A stretch of DNA of 64,000 bases from positions 3,075,038 to 3,139,037 of the forward strand of contig NW_018407700.1 in the NCBI RefSeq assembly GCF_002113885.1, in the 5' to 3' direction. Position numbers and translations under genes: made by a program. This stretch comes from Mizuhopecten yessoensis (lineage: Eukaryota). The notes under the pieces are model-generated. The model saw nothing but the letters and a program-made list of their open reading frames with translations. It ran no database searches and was not told the origin of the DNA. Shown piece after piece: positions 52,631 to 64,000 of the stretch (position 1 is its first letter; the number at the start of each line of letters is the position of its first letter).

Positions 52631-53273
52631 ACACGGAGGGATAGTTATAAAGACCATATAACGTTGTAGTCTGAGAATGTATGTAGAATTTCTGTGATAG
52701 GAGGATATACACCGCGTGTAGCGGGATTATTGATTAAGGTACTGGTAAACAACAGTCAAGGCAAACCGTGAACAACCAAAACTCATTGAGAAAATGTGCA
52801 CACACAGCAAATCTGAGATTACAAATCTTTTTTGTTTGAGGAGCTTAATGGCAATGCTGATTATCTATGTTCTATACACGCAATGCTATGCGGATGTAAT
52901 GACTATATGTGTACATGCAGTTATGGATATGTTCTGCTATACGTATACTCTGGAGTTGTTTTGGAAATGTTACCAGGGTTTAGGTGTGTCCTATACGGCA
53001 CTGTACTCTAATAGGACTGTTAACGACCCCATCAGACACATTTAGCTATTGATAAAGTATCATTAAATAATCTAGTATTTCCTTTTATTTAAGTTAATAA
53101 ATCATGGTTTCCAACAAAGATGTCTGCTGCTGACACATAAACATAGAGCGCAGGCTTTTCCAAAGATGCAGGTTGATGACAACTTTGAGCAAGTTTAGGT
53201 GTCGTCACCATTGTGTGTGATATCAAGGTCTAAGTGGTCATGGTATATCAGTTAGATTCAGTCCTGTTTGACA

Positions 53274-53429
53274 TGTAACAGGAAAGAGAATAGTGTGCTT
53301 CCACCGGGGATCGAACCCTCGATCTCCAGGTTCCTAGTCGGACGCTCTACCACTGAGCTAAAGGGAAATTCCCTCTAGCTCGAAGCTAGAAGGCGACCTT
53401 AATCCTATGTACAATTGAACCCTGCCACA
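53274..53429 (-). mobile_element. 156-bp solo LTR carrying a tRNA-derived Pol III promoter, 4-bp TSD GACA
   Basis: GACA|TGTAACAGG...CCTGCCACA|GACA; minus-strand A box TAGCTCAGTGG (53360-53350) and B box GGTTCGATCCC (53317-53307). Confidence 0.8.
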
Positions 53430-53579
53430 GACAAATAGGGGGCAAAATGACAGTAACAACCGTGAAATTCTTCATGTTTGCGTAATGTCTCTATTTGAGA
53501 CTAATAGGAGACATATGTTACGATAACACACGTTCATATAATATACCGATGATACCCAAGTGAGTCTGGCAAACTGACT

Positions 53580-54120
53580 TTATGACAACAAGGGTATTTT
53601 ACCAGTTTTTGAAGCGCTGACCATCCCATTTTCTGAGGAATTTGTGTGGCTTCTTCGATAGTTCCCTATGGACAAACAAGAGACGTGTGTCACTAAATCA
53701 TGTTGCTTAAGAGTCATGAAGATTGTTTGTATCACTAAGTTCCTCAAAACTGACGTCTGAAAGACGCTTGTCCGCGAATTGTTTACATACACAATGTGAA
53801 TGGGCAGAACTCGTGGTACCATCTTTAACATCTCCAGGGAGTGAAAATACAGCTTCCTGCCTCGTTATCTATCCTGAAGTTCTTGGACCTGTTAACCTAC
53901 CGGTATATTACCGTCTTCAGTCCAAACCTCTCGTGCCTGAGGCCCTGCGCCGAAATTCCCTAGTGTAACTAAAACCACGCTTGTTTTCATGTTATTGTCT
54001 GACTCCTTTCTGACTGTGCTGACAAAATCATTGTCACTTATGGATACCGCCTTTTATAAACAAACAAAGAGGCAGCAGAATCGTAGACCGGAGTTTTATG
54101 TGTTTCTTGAGGTCTCTTAA
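53580..54120 (-). pseudogene. Fossil LINE ORF2 AP-endonuclease and linker fragment
   Basis: Ordered decayed motifs VVLVTLGNFGA (~IILGDFNA), SAHSHCVC (~SDHSLVYC), LSDVSFEELSDTNNLHD (post-endonuclease linker). Confidence 0.4.
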
Positions 54121-56384
54121 AAACTCCTTTTAAACTGGAGACAAATGAACTGTAGATGTTTCCCAGTGTACTGTTAAACTGTTTCGCTATCGAATGCTAT
54201 CGTGTTTGAAAGGATCCCCATCCCAATGAAGCGAAAACACCAAAGAACTCAACTATTTCTGCAGTCACGTCCCAATTATTTTCGTTTTGGATATAGGTTT
54301 AAGGTTCGAACCATGATCAAACCTGCTGAATTGTTACACTCAGAACACTGTTATTTATTTCTGTTCATATTTGGTCGATTTCATGTTTGTACTTTTTAAT
54401 TCCCGAAAAGTATGGGTTTTCATTACAGAAATGACTTTCAAATCTATATTCATGCCATAAAACCACAGCGTACAGTGTAGGTACAGTTTAAGGGAGCGGT
54501 AAGGAGAACCTTAAATCGCTTCAGGCTTGTTTAATAAATTGACATACATGTGTATTAATGTCTGGTACGTTGACCTGAACGTTTTAATTATAGAAAAACC
54601 TGTCAGCGAGAATTTGACAACAAACTATCAATACACACCGATACACAATCTACGCGAGCATAGCACCACGGTATTATATGCGAGGCACCGGACGGAATAC
54701 AATTAAGGGCCCTAAGCGTGTTGGTGCTTGAAAAACACAGTTGCCTCTATGGTTTTAAAAACTGATGAGCAGTCTTTTCTAAAATTGTTGAACTACAATT
54801 TAATTTAAAATACAAACAGAGGGTATTTAAAAGAAAATATTGACAGTGGCAGTTCTCCAAATTAGTTTAAAATAGAAATAGCGCGTGACAGGGCTCAGAA
54901 CAACTACCAAAACTCCGTCTGTATTGCTTAATTTATTATCTGAAAGTTTGGCAAAATGACTTTGCATACACTCCTTTGACCTACTAGTTATAGACCTTGT
55001 CAATACCACGTCTTAGTAAGGCTTTTTTTTTCTATTTTAGGCAGTTGTTCAAACATAATCCTAATTAGAGACAGGACACTAATGGTAAATGAAATTAAAA
55101 GATCATTGCAAATGTAATCTATTTTTAATTATTTGTGTGATCAAAAGTGAGCTGTACTAATTATATGCCACAGTAAGGTAAATAATCCATAAAAATCATT
55201 TATATTATATCAACAGGATATATTTTAAAAAAGACATCTTGAACCCTTAAGAGAATGTAGTTCTATTCATGATGATTTCTGTATAATCTGGAAATTGTTG
55301 AGGCATTACCAACGATAGAAACAAGTCTCCATTCCTTGTAGACATGTACACTATCAAAGTACGGTTTAGACGTAGGAGTCTCATCGTAATTGGATTTAAG
55401 TTATTCAATGACAAATAACAAATAGAATAGCTATTTATGTTGCTGAATGCGACCTTACAATGTCACAAGAGTCCAATAGTGTTCCAAAAGTGTGAAATAC
55501 CATTGGTGTTTCTTCAAAGTAATTGACCATAATGGTTTCGGTATATTGTGTCATCAAATGTGATTATCAACCAGTCTATCCGATATTCCCAAAACAGTCC
55601 TAAGATAGTTTTATACCGCATGTCACGCTAAAAACAGCGTTTTTGTTTTCGAACTAATGAACCAGATATATAAAGAAACGTGTTGCATGTCGTACCCATA
55701 AATAGTGTCTACTCCAAATCAGACATAAACTTCAGAATAATCTGCTGGCTATAAATCAAGTCTTTTGAGACCACACTAAAAAGGAACATGTTGATATAAC
55801 ATTTTCGAATGATTTTAAAGTCAGTTTAAAATGTCATTTAATCTAGTTTCTTCCAATGAACTACAGTCATGGGTTTAGTTAGGAATAGGGATATTATCTA
55901 CCTTTCTAATTCAACGTCGTTGGATTATCGGTATCGTGGTGATATGTTTCCCTTTGGTAAAAAATCCCCTTATTTCTTCCACAGCTACAATAGGTTTCAA
56001 CACTTCTGACTCACTGGAAAGAACGCCTAGGAGTTAGTGAACACGTTTGGTTACCCACTTGTGAGTAACATGAGGATGTGATTTAAATAGTCAATCGTCT
56101 AATTATGACGTCAATAACAATGTTTTGCGACGTCATTTCCCCGATTAAAAACTGGAATAATGTATTCCAAATAGGAAAATGTGGTTTTCTAGATGTTATA
56201 TCTGGATGATGTGGTAATAAAATGGTCCCGAAAGTCGCAATGGTTGATTATCAATTTTATGTAACTCGATTTAGTTAATTTGCAAATTGAATAACGACAC
56301 GAGGTTTGATTTCTCGATTTGGCAAAATAATCACCCACCACTCGTTGGGGAATCACTACGTTAACCATAAAGTTATCAACTTAG

Positions 56385-56710
56385 TTCAAATATCCTATCG
56401 TGAACTTCCCTTTCTTGTCAGCAACATTCCTGTTTCCCCTACCTACGGTTCTTACATGTAGCATGTAAACTGGTTCTCCAGAGCTTCCTCTGAATATCAT
56501 GACTTCCGTGGGAAATTTCGACCACTGACGAACAAACTTACCACACAGGGTGTCAACACATGGAGGTTGGTAAATACGGACAAGCTTTATGGTTTCCATC
56601 ACAATATTTCAGGGAAATATGCTTTTTCTTGTGTGACATAAAGGTCAATTGCATGGCAAGTGTCATCGATGAAGCAAAAAATGCTTAATCTTCCAGAACA
56701 CCTGGTGATA
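56385..56710 (+). mobile_element. Naiad-type Penelope RT C-terminus and 3' tail
   Basis: YPIVNFPFL / SNIPVSPTYG / LTNKLTTQG / KLYGFHH; tail aatgcttaatcttccagaacacctgg; may extend upstream to ~55480. Confidence 0.75.
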
Positions 56711-57739
56711 TATCTTATTTTCCCTGTTTTCGAAGGTCCCATGTAAATCCTTTTTATTTCATTTTTTATCGATTTCGATTTCGAATTATGTTTTTGTTTG
56801 AACTTCGATATTCACTTTTTTTTTTGCTCTAACAGAAATACCAAAGGCATAGCCAAGATCACATTGATGACTGGGATAAGAGGGGAATGTACCTTGTAGT
56901 TTTGATTAGATTGAAGAAAACTAATATTTAAACTCTAAGATAACCTAATATTTAAACTTTAAACTATTCATAACTAACGAACATATAACTATTTTGGCTA
57001 TTTTTGGAATAAAAATTAATATCTAAACGGTTAATTTCTGATACCTGTTTTCTTACCTAGGTTCTCAAAAAATGTTACATATAACGAAAATGTTAATATT
57101 GATAAGAAGGACTTGAGTCGTGATGAATACTGAACTCGTTTAATCACCAATACCTGTACCTGTTGTTCGTGAATTCATGAAGTGAAATATAACGAAAACT
57201 CGCTATTGTAATTCAGGAATAATAAATTCGGCTTCAACAATGATAGTTGTTCAACGGCACACACAACTGAACATCAAATGAAACACAGTTCTTGCCGGAG
57301 ATAGTCAAACCTTGCCTTTGTGTAAGATACAATGTAGTAGTAGTCACCTCCAAATCTTTATAGAAAACTGCTTTTAACTCCCCATTGTGAGATTTCACTT
57401 CCAGCATAGTAGTATATCGGCCTCCCCTGTTTATCGATTATGCACGGCAATGTAAATCAAACCTCGATAGCCGAATATATGTTTAATGATAACGTGGGCT
57501 ATAAAAAGCGTAGCCTGGTTTCACCACCGAAACAACTTCGTTATACACTTAACGCATTTAACCGTAGTCATAGGAATATTTACTTCCGGATTAAGGGACA
57601 GTTTTGTGTGATCAGTTTTGGTTTATTTGGCGCTTGTTGGGAAAGGTCAAAATAAAAAGGGCCAAATTTGCCTTTTTAAGCTTTGAATAAAGTATCACTT
57701 CTTCCTTTCTGTACTGTTGTTATACGAGTGCTATTTCAA

Positions 57740-57992
57740 CTGCTCCGTATGTCCTATTTTCAGTGTAGTATACGTTTGCGTACATGGTACTGCTCCGTAT
57801 GTTATATAATTCTCGTTGTAGTATACGTTTGTGTAATGCTCGGTATGCTATATATTATTCGTAGGTTATTTTTTGTTGTAGTATATGATTGTGTAGTACT
57901 CCGTATATTAAATGTTCGCTGTAGTATACGTTTGTGTACTGATCCGTCTGTGATATTCCCATTGTAGCATGCGTTTGTGTACTGCTCCGTAC
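57740..57992 (+). repeat. Degenerate short tandem repeat
   Basis: About five gtagtatacgtttgtgtactgctccgtat-like units. Confidence 0.7.
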
Positions 57993-58500
57993 CACCCATG
58001 AGGGTCTTCATATTATTTTTTTTAAATTCACACTCAATAACAGGATATAGCTTTGCATACAATTCCCGGGATAGTTGGTTTAAACATCCTGGTATAAACA
58101 ACACGACAAGATGATTTTGTTAATGCAAAGAAAACGGAAAGATGTGTTCGCGTTCAAAGCCCAACTCCATCAAATAGGTTTATTGCTATCATGCCGTGCA
58201 ACTCCAACCCACCATAACATTTAGACGAACACGACACTGGTTCTATTGGGCAGGGGACTTAAATTGCTATAAAACATTGTTTCTTGAATAAGTTCACGCT
58301 TGTGTAAAATCAGTAATAATTTGTAATCGTGTTTGTGAAATAGAAACTGCCTTTCATCAGTCTCTACCGTAATTGATCTTCAAATACTTTTTTATGTAAA
58401 ACATAAAAATTGCACACTGATTCAAAACTGCAGCAAACTAATTGCAGATGGAATACATTGATATGACTTTCATTTATGCTGTTTTACACAATCGTTGTAA

Positions 58501-58592
58501 TGGTTTGGTTTAGTTTTGTTTAACGTCCTATCAACAGCTATTGCTTTTTAAGGACGGCCTTCCCTGTGTGCAAGATGCATGCGTGTAGTGTA
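58501..58592 (-). mobile_element. SINE 3' tail fragment
   Basis: Minus strand ends gctgttgataggacgttaaacaaaactaaaccaaacca, like bivalve tRNA-SINE tails; head absent. Confidence 0.5.
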
Positions 58593-60122
58593 TGAAAAAC
58601 GATTATTTTATAAAAGATCAAAACATGGTTTACCGGTTAATGTGTTTTGGTTGAAAAACATTTCTGTTCCAACCAAATGTTGTCAAAAGAATCGCACGCT
58701 CATGATGCGGTGAAAAACGGCAAGAGCTTCATTTGTAGTTGGAAAGACATTTAGTTTAAGCCTGTGATAACATTAGCGAGCAACGGCGAATCACTCTATC
58801 CACAGCAAAGTAGCGGCTTTCCAGCCCTGATTAAATTACTTATGGGTAAATGACCAGTCGAGAAATTACCGTACGGATCTGTTCGATAACGCTCACCTCT
58901 TTTTGTGCTGTATTCGCCAGGCTTACTGAACCCGGCGTGATCAGCGAAACGCCCCGATACGTACTGCTCTTGGTACACAATTAGGAAGTAAAGCCATTTC
59001 CACTCTAGAACGATCTTTGAGATATCTGGAGATTGAGCTATTTGGGCAAATATAAAAACATATATGCGTTTTGTCTTAGTTACGGTAGATAGCAGTGCAT
59101 TAAACAAGCTATTTTCGCTAATTGAATTATTTATTATTGACTGAAACACCATTTATGTACAAATACCATGATTGGTCACATGATCGATATCAATTAGATG
59201 AAAAAAGATACTGTCCATCATAGCTTCTTAATAACACGCCAATCATCTAGTTTCAACCCCAACAATATCGGGTCGTAAACATGTTCTGGTTCTCTGAGAG
59301 GCTATTGACAAGGATGTATCGAAAAACTGTCATTTTTCTCAAGTACCTGGAGATAACAAGATGTCAGTGATCGGCACGTGTTTCCCTCTCGAGAATCTGG
59401 CGCCGGGCGGATCGATGTTGGTATCCAGTACTTGCTGCACACTAGCTATGACAGTCGTCTGTTTATAGTACAGGAAGGATATCACAGACCTTTAATGTGA
59501 GTTGATGTGTCATAAGTATAGGATGCTACACATTTGATGGAAGGTGTAAGGTAGGTAGTTTCTACTTCACGTTTCATGTTGATCTTCTTAGTAAGTATCT
59601 GCTTTGATTTTGCTATTTTGAATTGAAACTATTTGATACGTTGGTTAAGGACTTACGCCTATTGCCGTTGTTATTAAGATTTATAATTTAATAAATGATT
59701 TATTCTGTTAAGACGTATATGTTTCTAACAAAACAGGTTAGAAATATCTGGTATATAATATTTAACTAACCGGTATGTTATACAGACATATCAAACAACT
59801 TCTGATGGGTAAAATCTCTCAAGCATAACCGAGCTAGGAAAGTATTAAGGATTTTTTAAGCGTGATTCTAACACTTGACGTTGGTACACACGTATTCAGA
59901 AACGGTAAAGTCACATTTTTTTTACTCGTAATGAAAAGGCATTGTTAGATACCAAAAGAATCAAGCAATCGCCATAAGTTTGGAGGGCAATTAACAATTC
60001 AAAGTTGCACTATATTTAGGAGTTGATCAATCTACCATTAACCGTTTGGTAAAAGAACAATAGTACAATGACGTCACTGCCTATCGTGCACACAATGGTC
60101 GCCCAAGAGTTATGACGCGACG

Positions 60123-61420
60123 TCAAGAACAAACTAGATGTTTAGCGTATTTGTGCAGCCGTTTTGAATTGCCGTAAAAACTGCTGAACCAATTGTTTTT
60201 GTTCCTAATGGTGTATCCATCGTATCTCAAACGGAATACATCAAAACGAATAGGAGCCTGTAAGTCAAACATCGGGATATTATTGATACCACGAGGGAAC
60301 CCTTTGTTGATTAGTTGTCGTCGGGACTTTCTGGTGATCAATAACAATCCCATCAACTGTCCCCTCCCTGTCCTCTCATATTTAATTCTATTATAAACAC
60401 CTGTGTGATAGATCAGACAAAGAAGCGCTCCAAAATACTGCCCGGTAGCAAACTACGTCTCCACATTGATGGCAGCGTTGGTAGAGAAGAAGGTTTAACA
60501 TGCTAATTCGAAAGGTCAATGCTCTCAATAATGATATGCTTAAGCGATTAAGAACATCTATTTGGTTATACATATTATCGATATCTGAACTTTAAAATGT
60601 TCAGTTACAATTTCAGAAGTGTTCATGTGTCCTGCTTTTGCGTGATGATATTTTTTTCTGTACTTTTCCATTTTGTTTTGTTTTCAAGGTTTAACATATT
60701 GCATGCACCCATTCCTGTCATTTCTCAATAATTCCTAGTAAATAACGTTTCAAAGCATTCCAGTTTGTATACTGCCAACGATAATATATATATATATATA
60801 TTTTATAAATATTGGTCATTGCTACATTTGCAGCGACAAAATTTCAGCAAAGACAGTATATTTAATTTTGCAAACTGCAAATTTTGTGAGACGATATTTA
60901 AGGCAAAGATCGTTTGCTTCAACAGAACATGAGTGCAGCTGCTGTGAGATCAAACTGTCAACAGACATGTGGGAGTGAAGCTATCACAACAGCACCATGA
61001 GGAAATGTTAAGTCTTATGAAGCATTTAGTGCTACTAAATAGTTCATTGTTTGTAAGGTCTGTAGATTGATTTGGACACTTATCTACCTTAGCTATGCCT
61101 TTCTTTACTTGACTAACAATGTTAGTATCACTAATTACCTTGAAGACGTATTCATGTGTCTGCGTTATCCAGGCAAGTCTTACGTATTGTTAATGTGCAG
61201 TTATGTCGGTTCTGTCAGACGGATAAAGGAGCATTGCTTGTTTTCATTGCCCAATGATCTCGTCCATTTCATCTGAAAAAGAAAAGCCAGGATGGTAAAC
61301 TTGGCATCATTGTACTTGTACCATACACCTTGATATCCAGGCATATAAATGGCAACTCTTCTTTTCAGATATGTATGCTTTCTTCTACATAATATGCGAT
61401 ACCCAAATATGTTATGTTAC
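60123..61420 (-). pseudogene. Heavily decayed CR1/L2-like LINE ORF2 (endonuclease plus RT pieces)
   Basis: In order: GYRILCRRK..RVAIY (~GYxxxRxDR..GGVAIY), TEPT..KTCLDN, ISDTNIV (~SDHxLV), then KGFPRG (~GVPQG) and KYAKHLV (~YADDL). Confidence 0.5.
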
Positions 61421-63777
61421 CAATATTTTATGAGTAGCTTAACGAATTTATAAGCACATCGACATAGCGTCCAGGATGTGGTCCAGACATAAAATGTTTA
61501 TTCATAGATTATTACATAAAGTGGCCGTCGAAATTCGAGCACGTGAGAAAAATGAAATCATACACATTTAAGTATTTATCAATCTCTTCTTCCACAACTT
61601 TCCACATTTTTCTTCTGCCAATCCAGCCACTCAACGGCAATTTTTTTTGGCTGAACATAATTGTTAGTCAACTAGTCGATAACGACCTTCCCCAACTTCA
61701 ATTGTGTTTTAAATTCTTAACTACATAACGTGGTGGTTTGGCGATTGTAGCACTGATGATCTCCTTATTCAGTTCAAACTTTCATTTTGATGTCACATTT
61801 TAGAATCTTAATTTTTAAAAGTAGTAGTTGAACGGTAATTAAGATTTAGGTAAAGCGGTCATTATGAGTTTCTTTGAAGTAAGATAAAAAATAAAAAGGT
61901 TTTTATAGAGCTGTTTTTCATATAAATTAGCAATTTTACCCCCACAAACCTAAATTTGTAAAACATCGATGTCAATCACTCGACAATGTCATAAATATTT
62001 GGTAAAAAGAAGCATCACGATTGTTGACCGTAATGTATCATAACATTTCTTTCTTAGTTATATTTTCAAAACTAAAAAAAATCACGAATGTACATTTTTT
62101 GCTTAAAATTATAAAACAAAAGTGATTAGCTTTGGCAGGTAAAATAATGTGATAACCTCAATGAAAATTATCAATAATTAATAGACAAACGAAAGAGGAA
62201 CAATTATTAAAATTGATTACTGGCAGCACATATGATTATACGATATGCATGTTGTTTCCGGTACAACACGTGACTGCCTGTTTTAACTCTATTTTGATTT
62301 AATATCGTAGACAGTTTTTCAATTAATTGAAATTGCAAGATTTGGGTTCAAGTAGAATGCATATAAATCATGAAAATTATTAGCATGCACACAGAAAATA
62401 ACGATGCATGAGCATATGTACTAGTATGCGGTAATGTATATTATTCCATGTATATTGACATCTATGTGAGTCAGATTTTCATTGATTTTAAGATTGTAAA
62501 TGACAATGAACAGACAGTAGTTTGTTACTAACTAGTACATGATTCAGACGGAGACAACAGTATGTGCCTGAGGTACTAGTTTATATTTACTTACAGCATA
62601 CGCAGTGATGGCAAACTCGTTATGTATGCAAAACCAGCAGTCTGCTTGGTAGTCTGCGTCATGCGAAAGCTCATATTGCTGTCTGACGTAGTACATATAA
62701 ATACATTGCATACAAACCCTTAAGAGACTTGGTGCATAGAGAAAAACGTTCCTCTTCCAAATTCTTGTGCATATGAATTAGTTTTCGTTTACCTGGGTTT
62801 AATTTTGGGAAATGGGGATTTGTTTTTGGAAGTCGGTTGTCATGCAACAGCATGTTTGGGCTTACACAACTGGAGCCGACTAGATGCGTGCCTATTGTTT
62901 TAAATATCCTCATATGTAGTCACAAATTCTCGTAAAATGCACATAAATTGTTTGACAGGAGGCAGCATCGCTGTTATATACGATACAATGCTCAGGTTTC
63001 AGATGTCTAGTTTCATAAAAGATTTCGGAGTCGTAGTATCTGTTGGTATTCCCATGGTATCAATTATAAGACCATAGCTAAGAACAATGTGATTTGTATT
63101 GGAGGAAACAATAGTTTCCCTCGATAAAACAGCTCCCTTGGAACTGTTTATCATAATAATTGATTAAACGACTACATCTATTTGTGCCATAACGGATCAT
63201 TTGGTGACCATTCTGTAAGAAAATACGCGCGATATATATATATATGAAAAGCAAGCATCATACTTACGGAATGCCTATTCCACAACTACAATAGAAGCGA
63301 ACATAAAATCAACATCTATATCAAGTCTTGACTTTAATCAAATAAATAGAAACGTATGTAATACCCATCTCCTTTACAATGGTGAATTGTCAGTTATGAA
63401 ATAAGCAATTTAAGATAGTTTGACTTACAATTAATCAATGGATATCAGTGTACACAGCACACTGTTTAAACAGCGATCGATATGTAGATGTTGTAAATCT
63501 GTCGCACACGTTTGTATACATGGTTGAAAATACAGGGGAAGAATCATCGGTTGGTTTGGAATCGGTGCCGTAATGCTGTGGCGAGAACAGCTAAGTTCTC
63601 CGGGAGTCTGATGGTGATTTGTTAAATTAGTGGTATAAATACAATTGTAGCATGCAATTTCCAATTGACTTTGGGTGCTTTTGTTCGTTTTATTAAACCT
63701 TTAACCGACTACTTGAATTGCAATTCTCAAGGGAGCGAGCTTCCTTTAAATGTAGCATAGCATACAAGGAAAACAAC

Positions 63778-63810
63778 TATATAAAGCGCGCTGTGCATTG
63801 AAAGGCAGTG
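63778..63810 (+). promoter_or_regulatory. Candidate TATA + Inr core promoter
   Basis: TATATAAAG at 63778; GCAGT with A at 63807; donor-like sites at ~63818 and ~63920. Confidence 0.3.
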
Positions 63811-64000
63811 GGAATGGGTAATTAGTTTTTTTTAAACCAACGACACAAACAATAGAACAGTCGCATATTGTCGGGCCTAACTAATATCCGATTTCAACCT
63901 AAATTAATTTTGATACAAGGTAACATTTTAGGAGAATGGCCTAACATTCTCAGTACATATGTACGATTAACTTCAGGTTAAAGTCATAGTGTGGCCTAGA

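Noticed and set aside
49519-52669. ITPRCIVSI and RDYTTRCYD repeat ORFs
   Set aside because: Translations of the 27-bp satellite; other frames equally periodic
53297-53368. Functional tRNA gene
   Set aside because: Acceptor, anticodon and T stems pair poorly, no oligo-T terminator, embedded in a TSD-flanked element
53723-53968. Plus-strand ORF ending RRNSLV as a host terminal exon
   Set aside because: No clear acceptor; the opposite strand shows ordered LINE endonuclease-like motifs
61290-61350. GVWYKYNDAK as a USP deubiquitinase His-box
   Set aside because: No upstream catalytic His motif; flanked by LINE endonuclease motifs on the same strand

Overview
AT-rich eukaryotic DNA, most likely a bivalve mollusc (inferred from the repeat families). 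No complete host gene is visible; the window is transposon debris plus minisatellites. Left end: a decayed minus-strand Ty3/Gypsy LTR retrotransposon (1.28-kb 5' LTR, tRNA-Leu PBS, gag fused in frame to a truncated pol). Downstream of its integrase is an extra ORF that starts right after a splice acceptor and encodes two C2H2 zinc fingers; the ORF track missed it because it runs off the window. Also present: two Crypton (DUF3504/KCTD1-like) remnants, an ISL2EU/Harbinger transposase pseudogene, a Penelope element with inverted pLTRs, Naiad-type Penelope fragments, a minimal hammerhead ribozyme with a U3-A8 core, a 156-bp tRNA-derived solo LTR with a 4-bp TSD, a Helentron-type element, several MITE/foldback elements, four fossil LINE fragments, and tandem arrays of 18, 20, 24, 27, ~31, 63 and 79 bp. 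The long ORFs inside those arrays are artefacts. TE remnants are mostly on the minus strand and a few plus-strand first-exon candidates exist, which suggests the window may lie in the 5' introns of a large plus-strand gene. Family assignments come from motif recognition by eye, not database searches.
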